DNA from: a virus
Length of the DNA: 64,000 nt
Virus record (IMG/VR): IMGVR_UViG_3300036770_003135
Span: 38,793-102,792 of that record
Direction: 5' to 3' (one strand)
Shown here: positions 40,251 to 49,666 of the stretch, one piece after another
Layout: every line of letters starts with the position of its first letter
How positions within the stretch are numbered: position 1 is the stretch's first letter
The notes under the pieces: model-generated
The model's database searches: none
What the model was told of the DNA's origin: nothing
What the model saw: only the letters and a program-made list of their open reading frames with translations
Program-made: the position numbers and the translations under genes

Positions 40251-40769
40251 TTACAAATAGAAAATTTTGAAATTATAATTTTTAATATTTTCTATAATAA
40301 ATCTATCCGCACTTTTTTGTCCACCAAATTTTTTTAACCACAAACCATCATTTGAGAAAGCTGATGTTATTATTTTAATTTTGTAAATTTTATCATTTGG
40401 GTCGAACCTAGGTTTTATTTTTTTAAAATCAATTAAATATTCAATATAATCGCTACCTCTATCAAAACTATCAACTAAAATTATTGGTTCAGTATCATCT
40501 TCATTCTCTAATATATCTAAAATTTCGTAGAATTTATTTCTAATTGAATTTAGAATTATATTAGTATCTACACCAGATTTATATTGATTATTTATCAAAA
40601 GTTTTTCAATAACATCATCAAATTTTTTTTCACCACCCCTCTCAAATCTTTGGTGATATGTATCAAACACCAAAAAGATATTATTATCGTTTTTGATTGT
40701 TTCAAGTTTGTAATTTACAAAATCGTCTGATTCGCAAATTATTTGTTTTAATGTATCTAATAATTTCAT
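40251..40769 (-). CDS. Hypothetical protein with leader MKLLDTLKQIICES
   Basis: 172-aa ORF containing an HQRFER motif. Confidence 0.7.
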   Translation of the reverse strand: MKLLDTLKQIICESDDFVNYKLETIKNDNNIFLVFDTYHQRFERGGEKKFDDVIEKLLINNQYKSGVDTNIILNSIRNKFYEILDILENEDDTEPIILVDSFDRGSDYIEYLIDFKKIKPRFDPNDKIYKIKIITSAFSNDGLWLKKFGGQKSADRFIIENIKNYNFKIFYL

Positions 40770-40771
40770 AT

Positions 40772-40807
40772 ATAAAAAAATGTCCTCAATATAAATATGA
40801 GGACATT
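40772..40807 (-). terminator. Intrinsic terminator whose loop contains the TATTTAT motif
   Basis: AATGTCCTCA-N9-TGAGGACATT followed by a T-run on the minus strand. Confidence 0.75.
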
Positions 40808-40964
40808 AATTATAAGTTTTTTGAACCCCTCACAAGGCGGGTGGTTATCTTACAACCAATCTGGTATATACTCAACCAGCACCTGTTGACACTTATGGTA
40901 GTCCATCCTAATGATGTTTATACACCCCTAACTTTTATTGGTAAGTCATCAACCATTTATTGTC
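40772..40964 (-). ncRNA. Candidate structured non-coding RNA (about 190 nt)
   Basis: GC-enriched, several stems, only tiny ORFs on the minus strand, bounded by a promoter and a terminator. Confidence 0.45.
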
Positions 40965-40967
40965 CTA

Positions 40968-40998
40968 CAAAGATAGTAGTTCTTTATAAATATTCAAA
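40968..40998 (-). promoter_or_regulatory. Bacteroidota-type -33/-7 promoter
   Basis: TTTG-N19-TATCTTTG; TATTTAT also lies within the spacer. Confidence 0.7.
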
Positions 40999-41150
40999 GA
41001 GTTTGGGATTTTTTTTTAAAAAAATAATCACAATCATTTTTATTGGTAAATTTTGTTAATATTCTTTGTGATATCAATCACATTGATTATTATTACTTAT
41101 AGACTTATATTTTATATTTATATTAAATAAATTTTTAAATTAAACCCCCT

Positions 41151-42674
41151 ATGAAAAACATTTTACTAATTCTTATTTTTCTTCCTTCTTTCATTTGGTC
41201 TCAGACTTATCTTCATGGTACAACGGGGATTCAAGGTGAACGTGTAACTCATTGTTTGGTTTCTACTTGTGGTGGAACTTACCTTGACAATGGTGGTTCA
41301 GCAGGTAATTATTCCAATAATATTACTGGTGGACTTTATCGTGTATTTTGTCCATCTACTGTTGGAAGTTGTGTTAGAGCAAGATTTACATCATTTAGAA
41401 CTGAATCTGGTTTTGACTATTTGACCATTGGTAATGGTGCAACACAAAACTCACCCGTATTTACCACAGTCCCAGCTACAGTACCTAATGGTAGAATATC
41501 AGGTGCTCCTGTAGTTCCATTCACTTTCACAGCAAACAACCCAAGTGGTTGTTTAACCTTTAGATTCACCTCGGATGGAAGTATCAATGACATTGGTTGG
41601 AGTGCAACATTATCTTGTGTACCTTGTGCAACGGCTGGTAATGGACCTAATTTAACTGATAATAACGATTGTTCAAGAGCGACCAACATTTGCTCTGACA
41701 TTACATTCAATGCAAATGCAAGAGGTCCTGGTCTTGTAGCTGAAGGATGTACTGGAGCTTCTTGTCCAGCTGGTGGAGAAAATCATTCTAATTGGTATAG
41801 GTTTACTGTACTAACTAGTGGAACACTTACATTTACAATCGACCCACAAACAAACACCGATGACTATGACTTTTCAATATGGGGTCCTAACACAACTTGT
41901 GGAACACTTGGCACTCCAATTAGATGTACTGATTCAGGAAATACTGGAAATACTGGACTTAACACAACTGCGGTCGATAATATTGAAAGTGTTACTGGTG
42001 ATGGTTTCCTATCTCAAATGAATGTCTTAGCTGGTGAAACCTATATTATGGTAGTTGATGAATGGTTATCTAACACTGGTAATGGTTATCAATTATTGTT
42101 TGGTGGAACAGCTAGATTGGATTGTGGATTACTACCAATAGAATTATTATATTTTGGTGCTGAATATCAAAATGAATCAAAGGAAGCTTTAATAACTTGG
42201 GGTGCTAACTCGGATTATGAATCAGAGTTCTTCGTAGTTGAAAAGTCTTTAGATGGTGTAGAATTTGATTCAATTGGAATAACTAGTGCTGGTGGTACTG
42301 GAAGATTTGATTATTCATTTGTTGACCCCAATCCAGAATATAACGGATTCACTTATTATAGATTAAGATGGGAACAACAAGATGTTCAAACTTACTCGGA
42401 TGTAACCGCAATTGCAGTAGATGACCCAACAAATAAAATTATTGTTCAACCAAACCCTTTTAATGATTTTATAAATGTGAAAAGTTTTGGTGATTACTAC
42501 GGAAATTGTCAAGTATCAATTTATGATATGACAGGACAAAAGAAATTGGAACAAACATTACAATTTGGAATCTCCAATAAATTAGAAATAGATACGAAGA
42601 GTTTAACAACTGGATTTTATACCGTGATAATACAAACTGAACAATATACAAAATCGTTTAAGGTAACAAAATAA
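41151..42674 (+). CDS. Secreted CUB-domain protein with a T9SS type-A C-terminal sorting domain
   Basis: Signal peptide ending in SQ; CUB motifs CGGTYLDNGG...FTSFRTESGFDYL...LTFRFTSDGS...GWSA; LPIELLYF Ig domain; PNPFND...IYDMTGQ...LTTGFYTV...FKVTK C-terminal domain. Confidence 0.88.
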   Translation: MKNILLILIFLPSFIWSQTYLHGTTGIQGERVTHCLVSTCGGTYLDNGGSAGNYSNNITGGLYRVFCPSTVGSCVRARFTSFRTESGFDYLTIGNGATQNSPVFTTVPATVPNGRISGAPVVPFTFTANNPSGCLTFRFTSDGSINDIGWSATLSCVPCATAGNGPNLTDNNDCSRATNICSDITFNANARGPGLVAEGCTGASCPAGGENHSNWYRFTVLTSGTLTFTIDPQTNTDDYDFSIWGPNTTCGTLGTPIRCTDSGNTGNTGLNTTAVDNIESVTGDGFLSQMNVLAGETYIMVVDEWLSNTGNGYQLLFGGTARLDCGLLPIELLYFGAEYQNESKEALITWGANSDYESEFFVVEKSLDGVEFDSIGITSAGGTGRFDYSFVDPNPEYNGFTYYRLRWEQQDVQTYSDVTAIAVDDPTNKIIVQPNPFNDFINVKSFGDYYGNCQVSIYDMTGQKKLEQTLQFGISNKLEIDTKSLTTGFYTVIIQTEQYTKSFKVTK

Positions 42675-42698
42675 AAGGATGAGAAATCACCCTTTTTT
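42673..42698. terminator. Bidirectional terminator candidate
   Basis: AAAAGGATGA-GAAA-TCACCCTTTTTT between convergent genes. Confidence 0.55.
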
Positions 42699-45081
42699 AA
42701 TTTTCTTTTCTAAGTTTGCCATCGTAATGGTCAAATCTATTATGTTCTGTTGGTGTAAGTAATAATAATCCTGGTTTAATATTATCTTTAATTGTTTCTT
42801 GATAACAATAACTCATCAAAGTTTGTTCAAAAGGATGTGTCCATCTTGTTTCCAAATAACATTTATAATTCCCCTCCTTATTCATTATTATCGGCCAATT
42901 ACACAAATATATTTCCCCACTTATATATGGAATACCCTTATGAATTTTAATGTGCTTGAACTCCGTTTTTGGTGAGTTGGGGTCTAATCCCATCTGTGGA
43001 AGTTTTGGATTATTAGGCCAATGTTTCTGTCTGAAATCTTGTGGGACATTATACCAAGCCCATTGTGTATTATTATCACCATAAAATTCTGTGAAGTTCA
43101 ATTTGAGGAAATCAAAGTTTTCTTTTTGAATAATCTCCAAACTTTTCCTATATAAATTTTTAACATATCTATTGAATCCATTTTTACAAGTTTCATTCTT
43201 TGGATAGAAGAACATATCATCTTCTAGAAAAAAATACAAGTCTAAGTTGGTATCATTAAAGTGTTCAGCTATAAAAATTCGACCACCCATTATACCAAGG
43301 TTATCTTTTTTAATATGTTCAAATCCATATTGTTCACATAACTCTTTATACCTTGGTGTTGTGGCTAAATCTGTTGAATTATCTAAAAGAAATTTCTTTG
43401 GTTTAGTTATAAAGTCTGAATCATACTCCAACATTGATTGGATTAATGTCTCAAATTGTTTTGGTGAATTAAATGTAATTACATATAATCCCACCTTATC
43501 TATTGATGTATTGTTTTGAACTTGTAAGAATTTTTTTTCTTTCTTGGGTTGTAATCTATTTTCCTTAATATCCTCAAAAAATTTACCCATCAATCCATTT
43601 GGTTCAATATCAAAATAAGTTATTAGATTTGGATAAAGATAAACCATCAAACTGAATATACTTTCTTCAGTTCCCATATATCCCCTATTCAATGTATCTG
43701 ATAACAATTGATAATATATTGAGTTTATTTCAGTTATCACTTCTTTTTTACCACCAAAGAATCCACCTCTTGCAACTTTATTAACTTTTGAATTGGTTAT
43801 TCTATTCATCTCAGAAATAGTGAATCCGTGTATTTCTGTGGTTGTTTCATAAGGGAAACAAACAAAATTAAAATCACCAATATGTTTTGGTAATTTATCC
43901 AATACTTTATCGTGGGTGAAATAACCTGGATGGATTGTATTTGTTAAACCAGCATCAATCCAAAACATATACTCTGAATTGAATTTATCCAAAAGTTTTG
44001 CATCGTGTAGTAAAAACACTTTTGACATAACCAATGGATTATACATTTCAAGTTTTGCTTGGGTTGAATCTTTTAACCAACCAACTTGATTATACCATTC
44101 AGGTTTTTGTCTGATTTCTTGTATCTTTGGATAAAATTCATTATTGGTGAACCAATCCAAGTTTCTTAGAATGAATTGGGTATTGTTATTATTTCTTCTA
44201 TCATTAACGAATTGTTGTAATTCACTATCACCAAAAATAATTAAATTACAATCAACTTCTAATAATTGGGAGAATTTATCCAAGTAGTGTTGATAAGACC
44301 TTGACCAACCCTCTTGAAGTTTATCTCTTCCTATATTCCATAATCCTGTTACTAATGTTATTTTACTATCAAGTGTCTTGTTGTTTGTTTTATTGGGTAT
44401 TTCTTGTTTTGATAAAATATCATAAAACTCTTTTGGAATCGCAACAATATCTTGAGAATTTATTTCATATATGTAATTGTTTTTATTGAATATTTCTTTG
44501 ATGTTGTTTTTTTCATCATCTAATAAATTAATCCACTCAAGTCTAATAACTTTTGGTTTATATTTAGATAAATCAATTTGTTTGAAAATGATATAATCAT
44601 GTCCTTCAGCATCTACCTTAACAATATCAAAATTAGTTAAATTATGCTTTTCAACAAGTGAATCAAAAGTTATACAATTTACATTTACTTTCTCCCCATA
44701 TTTCTCAACTGTTGGTCGGTCAAATTCACTTCCTAAACCATTTTTTGGTGGGTAAACAGCACTCATACCATAAAAACAGTTATGTACCAAACCATTATCA
44801 ATTACTTCCTTGTTAATAGTTATCATTTCTATTTGACCATTGTAATCTGATATTGCAGAATTTTCAAACATAGATTTGTTTGATGTAATATTTTTTTTAA
44901 GTTTGTCAAATAAGTAAGGAATAGGTTCAACATATAAAACTTTATATCCATACATATTAGTATAACCAATCATTTCATCAAATAAAACCCCATCCATTGC
45001 ACCTATGTTCAATGCAACCACCTCGGTTTGATTCTTACCCAAGTAATGTAATGATTTATCAAAAAAATTGTCTATAATCAT
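42697..45081 (-). CDS. Tri-domain protein: FkbM methyltransferase, HtrL/YibB-like domain and GT-A glycosyltransferase
   Basis: NIGAMDG...VEPIP...NSAIS...KVDAEGHD; ITLVTGLWNIGR...FWIDAGL...GGFFGG...EE; LYVITFNSP...LDNS...FLEDDMF. Confidence 0.8.
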   Translation of the reverse strand: MIIDNFFDKSLHYLGKNQTEVVALNIGAMDGVLFDEMIGYTNMYGYKVLYVEPIPYLFDKLKKNITSNKSMFENSAISDYNGQIEMITINKEVIDNGLVHNCFYGMSAVYPPKNGLGSEFDRPTVEKYGEKVNVNCITFDSLVEKHNLTNFDIVKVDAEGHDYIIFKQIDLSKYKPKVIRLEWINLLDDEKNNIKEIFNKNNYIYEINSQDIVAIPKEFYDILSKQEIPNKTNNKTLDSKITLVTGLWNIGRDKLQEGWSRSYQHYLDKFSQLLEVDCNLIIFGDSELQQFVNDRRNNNNTQFILRNLDWFTNNEFYPKIQEIRQKPEWYNQVGWLKDSTQAKLEMYNPLVMSKVFLLHDAKLLDKFNSEYMFWIDAGLTNTIHPGYFTHDKVLDKLPKHIGDFNFVCFPYETTTEIHGFTISEMNRITNSKVNKVARGGFFGGKKEVITEINSIYYQLLSDTLNRGYMGTEESIFSLMVYLYPNLITYFDIEPNGLMGKFFEDIKENRLQPKKEKKFLQVQNNTSIDKVGLYVITFNSPKQFETLIQSMLEYDSDFITKPKKFLLDNSTDLATTPRYKELCEQYGFEHIKKDNLGIMGGRIFIAEHFNDTNLDLYFFLEDDMFFYPKNETCKNGFNRYVKNLYRKSLEIIQKENFDFLKLNFTEFYGDNNTQWAWYNVPQDFRQKHWPNNPKLPQMGLDPNSPKTEFKHIKIHKGIPYISGEIYLCNWPIIMNKEGNYKCYLETRWTHPFEQTLMSYCYQETIKDNIKPGLLLLTPTEHNRFDHYDGKLRKEN

Positions 45082-45929
45082 ATTAAAAATAAATTGTAAA
45101 AATATTTGATTTTATCTTCTTTTTTGTGGTGTTCCCTCTCATACCAATCGTCAAATTCTAATAAAGTAATCTTATCTTTGTTTTCGACATACAAGTTGGA
45201 TAATATTAATTCTTCCATAAATAACTGATTTTCATTGTTCAATAACTCCACTAATCTCCCTTCAAAATTTTGTTTAAACTCATTGAATATATTTGGTTTT
45301 CCACCAAAGAAACCACCAATTACATGTGTGGAATTGTCATAGTTTGTATAGTAGTTGGATGGTAATGTTTGTGACCAAAAAAACTGACCTGTATTATTCT
45401 TCCCAACCAACAAAAATTTTTCATTAGTAAGATTATTGATATAGTCTAAAAAATTAGGGACAAATAAATTTATACCAAAAAAACCTTCATACGATGAATC
45501 TATTCTATAATCTTCAGGAAACAAACCACCGTGAGATAAACCAGCATCGAACCAATAGACTCGGTCATAACTTTCTTTATTAGGTAATAAATCATACCAA
45601 AAGAATTTGTTATATTGAATCTCAAAACACCTGTCAATAGTTTTCATCACTTCGATATTTTTCAAATTTCTAATTTGCTCAAAGTATTTTGTTTGAGTTA
45701 ATTCGAAAACAATAAATTCTAATTTGTCTTTTGAAATATTATTTTTAACATAAAAAAAGTTTGTTAAGTCATCTAACTCGTTTTGAGGTACAAAACAAAT
45801 ATATTTATTGGCATTGAGTTCCAATATTTTTTTCAGTGAAAGTCTGTAATGTCTTTCTCTTGATGGTCTACCACCAAATTCAGTCCCCCACAAATATGAA
45901 TATATTGAGGTGTAAATTAAAGTTTTCAT
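45078..45929 (-). CDS. HtrL/YibB-like putative glycosyltransferase
   Basis: YNKFFW...YWFDAGL...IGGFFGG...MEELILS; paralogous to the middle domain of the next gene. Confidence 0.7.
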   Translation of the reverse strand: MKTLIYTSIYSYLWGTEFGGRPSRERHYRLSLKKILELNANKYICFVPQNELDDLTNFFYVKNNISKDKLEFIVFELTQTKYFEQIRNLKNIEVMKTIDRCFEIQYNKFFWYDLLPNKESYDRVYWFDAGLSHGGLFPEDYRIDSSYEGFFGINLFVPNFLDYINNLTNEKFLLVGKNNTGQFFWSQTLPSNYYTNYDNSTHVIGGFFGGKPNIFNEFKQNFEGRLVELLNNENQLFMEELILSNLYVENKDKITLLEFDDWYEREHHKKEDKIKYFYNLFLI

Positions 45930-47176
45930 AAATTTCCAGTTATTCTATCACACCATCCTTTTGATTTTGAGTGTGGCCACACAACCCAATAAGATGGTTT
46001 TGTTATGGTATTAAATTCCCTCCATATTTTGCAATAACCATCAGGGTCTTGCATAACTCTATTTATTTCATTGATGTCAGCATCTTGTCTAAACATCGTT
46101 TCATCTTTATTATCGTGAAATGCGACAACCCAAAAATCATAATCCTTTTCAGGTACTTGACCAAAATGAACATCAATACAATGTTTGAATACACTAGCAA
46201 AACTATTTAAGTATTCTTCCTCAGTTTCAAAGTTATATGGATTGGGAGGATAGTTTTTATCAGTTGTGTATTTCTGTACTCCTCTCCTATTAAACTTAAT
46301 CCCAGCATATTTCTCATAATCCTCTAATGTCCTTTCAGTTCCAAATCCGTACTTACCAAATTCATTAGGATTAAATACTTCACCATCCATTGAGAATAAT
46401 CTTCTATTCCTTGAATGTGATTTGTCATTTTTCTTAAACCATTCTTTGTCAACATCCCATTGTTTTGTTCTTCCCTTCCTTGTGTACTCATGCCAAATAA
46501 TAACTCGGTGTGGATGAAATAAATCATATCCGTGGGTGAATGCTCTAACACCAACAGATATCTCTTCTCCGTGGAAATAATACTCAGGGTCGTGTTGAAC
46601 TTCATTACTAAATTCACCTAATGTAAAACAGAAATGTGCTGAGTAAAATCTTGCGGGAATTGGTCCGCTTAATTCCCTCCAATTTGGAATAACTTCAGGT
46701 AAAAAGAATACAGCACCTTCAGGAATAAATCTATCAAAGACCATCCTCCAAGGTTCTGTAACTCTACCTTGTGGGTCATTGTCAGGGTCAAATGATGAAA
46801 CATATCCAGTTAACAAAGGTTTTGGGTATCCTTTTGATTGGAGGTCTTTTAACATATTAATTAAAGTTTCATCCCAATCTTGTTCAAATCTCATATGGGA
46901 ATCAATTTGTAATGTATATGTTTCTCCTGAATATAATTGTTGAACTTGGTTTCTTGCCCAACAAACACCTGGTGAATCAATATCTTTTACATCAATAATT
47001 CTAAATCTTTTATCCTTTCTATAATGGTCAAGATTAAATTCATCATTTTCATTATATTGATTACAAATACCAATTCTAAGTTTTTTAGGGTATTTTGCTT
47101 TGGATATTAAATCTTCTAATGTTGGATTAAGTTGGGGGTCTCTAAATGATGCTATTTGTACAAATATTGTTGACAT
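45926..47176 (-). CDS. GT60-family polypeptide N-acetylglucosaminyltransferase-like protein
   Basis: IFVQIASFRDPQL, GVCWAR, LQIDSHMRF (DxH), FHGEEI, FTHGYDLFHP...WHEY. Confidence 0.85.
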   Translation of the reverse strand: MSTIFVQIASFRDPQLNPTLEDLISKAKYPKKLRIGICNQYNENDEFNLDHYRKDKRFRIIDVKDIDSPGVCWARNQVQQLYSGETYTLQIDSHMRFEQDWDETLINMLKDLQSKGYPKPLLTGYVSSFDPDNDPQGRVTEPWRMVFDRFIPEGAVFFLPEVIPNWRELSGPIPARFYSAHFCFTLGEFSNEVQHDPEYYFHGEEISVGVRAFTHGYDLFHPHRVIIWHEYTRKGRTKQWDVDKEWFKKNDKSHSRNRRLFSMDGEVFNPNEFGKYGFGTERTLEDYEKYAGIKFNRRGVQKYTTDKNYPPNPYNFETEEEYLNSFASVFKHCIDVHFGQVPEKDYDFWVVAFHDNKDETMFRQDADINEINRVMQDPDGYCKIWREFNTITKPSYWVVWPHSKSKGWCDRITGNL

Positions 47177-47235
47177 TCTTATTTTTAATTAAAAAATAAA
47201 AAAATCAAAATAAAAGGATATATTAAATATAAATT

Positions 47236-47769
47236 TTATGGACTACTTGGTGAAGGAGTAATTGTTGGTGTTACTGATGGTGTTGGTGTAATACTTACAC
47301 AACTATTACTAACACAATTATCTCCAATATAAATGTCACATTCAGTTAATGCAATTGGATTAGTTCCACAATAATATAATGTTGTTCCAGAATTGATTGG
47401 CAATACACTTGTTATAGTTCCATCACATTGGGTATAATAAAACGTTCCAATTGTTGTTCCCGTATTTGTAACTTGAATACATCTACAAGTTCCAGTTGGA
47501 GTAGGTGTTGGAGTTGGTGTATAACTTGGAGTTGGTGTGGGTGTTGGAGGACAAGAATATGGATAAAATATTTCACATCCATTACTATCCATAACTTTAA
47601 CTATAACACTATCAGCAACATCTAATGGTGGTGGCACATCAAAAGTAAAAGTTGGTGGAATAGTAGTTGAACCCATTATTAAATAACAATAAACTAATGT
47701 GGTATCACAAACTGTGATTGAATATGGGGGTGTTCCTGTTACACCTGTTATACTTATTTGATGTGGCAT
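47236..47769 (-). CDS. Cys-rich protein with Pro/Thr mucin-like tracts
   Basis: PPTPTPTPSYTPTPTPTPT and TPTPSVTPTITPSPSSP. Confidence 0.8.
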   Translation of the reverse strand: MPHQISITGVTGTPPYSITVCDTTLVYCYLIMGSTTIPPTFTFDVPPPLDVADSVIVKVMDSNGCEIFYPYSCPPTPTPTPSYTPTPTPTPTGTCRCIQVTNTGTTIGTFYYTQCDGTITSVLPINSGTTLYYCGTNPIALTECDIYIGDNCVSNSCVSITPTPSVTPTITPSPSSP

Positions 47770-47774
47770 TTATT

Positions 47775-48080
47775 TTATATTGATAAATGAAGATTAATTG
47801 ATGTTAAGTATTTATCTTTTCTTGATTGTGTGAAAATACGATTATCAGTTTGTATTTGTTCTAATAATGATTTAACTGATTTAATATCCCCAAGTTTTGC
47901 TAATTTTTCAATATTAGCAAATTGATTTAATAAATTTAAACTTTCTTGTTCTGTTACAGGTGGAACAATTAATCTATTATCAATCAAAAAATCCTCAACC
48001 AATTCATTACCGAATTGTATATCACTATATAATTTTTCTTTAGGTGTTAACCCATTTGTTGGTGTAAATATAATACTCAT
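47775..48080 (-). CDS. Small hypothetical protein, possible fibre chaperone; likely start is MSIIF at 48080
   Basis: Follows the fibre gene with a 4-nt gap. Confidence 0.6.
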   Translation of the reverse strand: MSIIFTPTNGLTPKEKLYSDIQFGNELVEDFLIDNRLIVPPVTEQESLNLLNQFANIEKLAKLGDIKSVKSLLEQIQTDNRIFTQSRKDKYLTSINLHLSI

Positions 48081-48084
48081 AAGA

Positions 48085-49356
48085 TTAAATTTGAATTTCA
48101 AATATTGCTAAAGGCATATTACTATTATAGTTTGATTGTGTCCCATATGGATTTGGTGTATTATTAGAAGCTTTAGACTTACCAGAAATAAAAACATTAG
48201 CTCCAATATTTGAATCAACACCAAGACCATTATTTGATACAGTAAAACTTCTCCACCCAAGAATAATATCTTGAGTTAAAGCATAAGCGTAAATACCTGG
48301 TTGTAATGTTAAGTTAGTTGTAAATGTATATAATCCTGTACCTGAAACTTGGAATACTTGATGAAACAATCTATTTGATACTGTTCCTGTTATAACATCA
48401 TAAATACCAAATTCACAATTGGTTGGGTTTGTAGAGATACCAGTACATTCTATTTTACTATTTAAAATTGTTACTGATTTATTTACATAAAATGGTACTG
48501 CAATTCCTGACCCAGAACCAAAGTTAGTTGACGATACACTCCTTGTTGAAGTTTGAAATGATGTCCACACTGATTGTTGATAAATTGGTGTTTGACTAAT
48601 TCCACTCACACTAAATGTACCTCCAGTATTATTTGTAAATGTAATCGTTTCACTACTAAAAGTTCCACCAGTTATAAATACATCATTTGGTAAATTTTGA
48701 TATGTCGTTGCTGATATTGTATTAGCAGTTAATCCATTTGTGAAATTTGTTTCCCCACTTACAGTTCCACCAGTAAATGAAGGTATTTGTTGCCAAGTAC
48801 TATTACCACTAACATCTGAAGTTAAAACATATCCATTTGTTGCTCCTGATGTTATTTGAATACTTGTTGTTTTTGTTTTTCCAACAACATCTAATTTTTC
48901 AGATGGAGATGTTGTACCAATACCAAGATTACCTAAATGGTCTAATCTCATTCTTTCTGAGAGAAAAGTAGCATTAGGTGTATTTAAAGTAAAAAATCTT
49001 AAATCACCAATTTCTTGTGCAACAGAACCTGAACCACCAGCAACAATTGCACCTCGTGCAATATAAACACCACCATTATTTGTTATAGAAAATATTAATC
49101 CATTTTGATTAACTGGGTCAAAAATATATCTATGTAAATTTGCACCAGTGGCTTCACTACCAAATGTTGCCCTTGGACTTATATTAGTACCACCTAATGA
49201 CGTTCTATATGTTGGATTTGTAACTGATGTTCCACTTAGTGCAACAATATTACCATTAAATGTTCCCGCAGATATTGTTGATGCTGAGAGTGTACCAATA
49301 ATACGAGAACTATCATTTGATACAAAACCATTTCTAATTATTAATTCATTTGCCAT
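48085..49356 (-). CDS. Tail fibre/appendage protein
   Basis: ERMRLDHLGNLGIGTTSPSEKLDV, GYVLTSD..GNSTWQ, TGGT/ANTISATT modules. Confidence 0.75.
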   Translation of the reverse strand: MANELIIRNGFVSNDSSRIIGTLSASTISAGTFNGNIVALSGTSVTNPTYRTSLGGTNISPRATFGSEATGANLHRYIFDPVNQNGLIFSITNNGGVYIARGAIVAGGSGSVAQEIGDLRFFTLNTPNATFLSERMRLDHLGNLGIGTTSPSEKLDVVGKTKTTSIQITSGATNGYVLTSDVSGNSTWQQIPSFTGGTVSGETNFTNGLTANTISATTYQNLPNDVFITGGTFSSETITFTNNTGGTFSVSGISQTPIYQQSVWTSFQTSTRSVSSTNFGSGSGIAVPFYVNKSVTILNSKIECTGISTNPTNCEFGIYDVITGTVSNRLFHQVFQVSGTGLYTFTTNLTLQPGIYAYALTQDIILGWRSFTVSNNGLGVDSNIGANVFISGKSKASNNTPNPYGTQSNYNSNMPLAIFEIQI

Positions 49357-49390
49357 TGTAAGATATTATATAAAATAAATACATCTAATT

Positions 49391-49663
49391 TTAAAAATTC
49401 AAGCCCATAGGATTTTGAGGTGTCCATTCAGGTGTTTCTAAAATTGTCAACATTTCATTATAAGTATAAGGTCCTTCGGCTGTTGTTAATAATTGAACAC
49501 TTGATGGTATGTCTCCTTCCCATTTAACAAATGTTTTTGTTTCATCTGTTGATAATCTAAGAGTATTTGGTGAAGTTTCTAAAACTTGAGAAAAATCAAT
49601 AACATTTATTTCAGAAACATTGAATATCATAAATTCTCTATTTTCGTAAATTTGTAGTCCCAT
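49391..49663 (-). CDS. Small hypothetical protein associated with the lectin cluster
   Basis: 90-aa ORF, IDFSQVLETS...TFVKW...PEWT. Confidence 0.75.
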   Translation of the reverse strand: MGLQIYENREFMIFNVSEINVIDFSQVLETSPNTLRLSTDETKTFVKWEGDIPSSVQLLTTAEGPYTYNEMLTILETPEWTPQNPMGLNF

Positions 49664-49666
49664 ATT

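Noticed and set aside
40810-40960. tRNA, hammerhead ribozyme or known riboswitch in the candidate ncRNA
   Set aside because: No cloverleaf with a T-loop, no CUGANGA/GAAA core, and no aptamer consensus that I could recognise
40697-41059. 120-aa plus-strand ORF from the track
   Set aside because: It has a TTG start, overlaps a real gene, a terminator and a promoter on the other strand, and its composition is not protein-like
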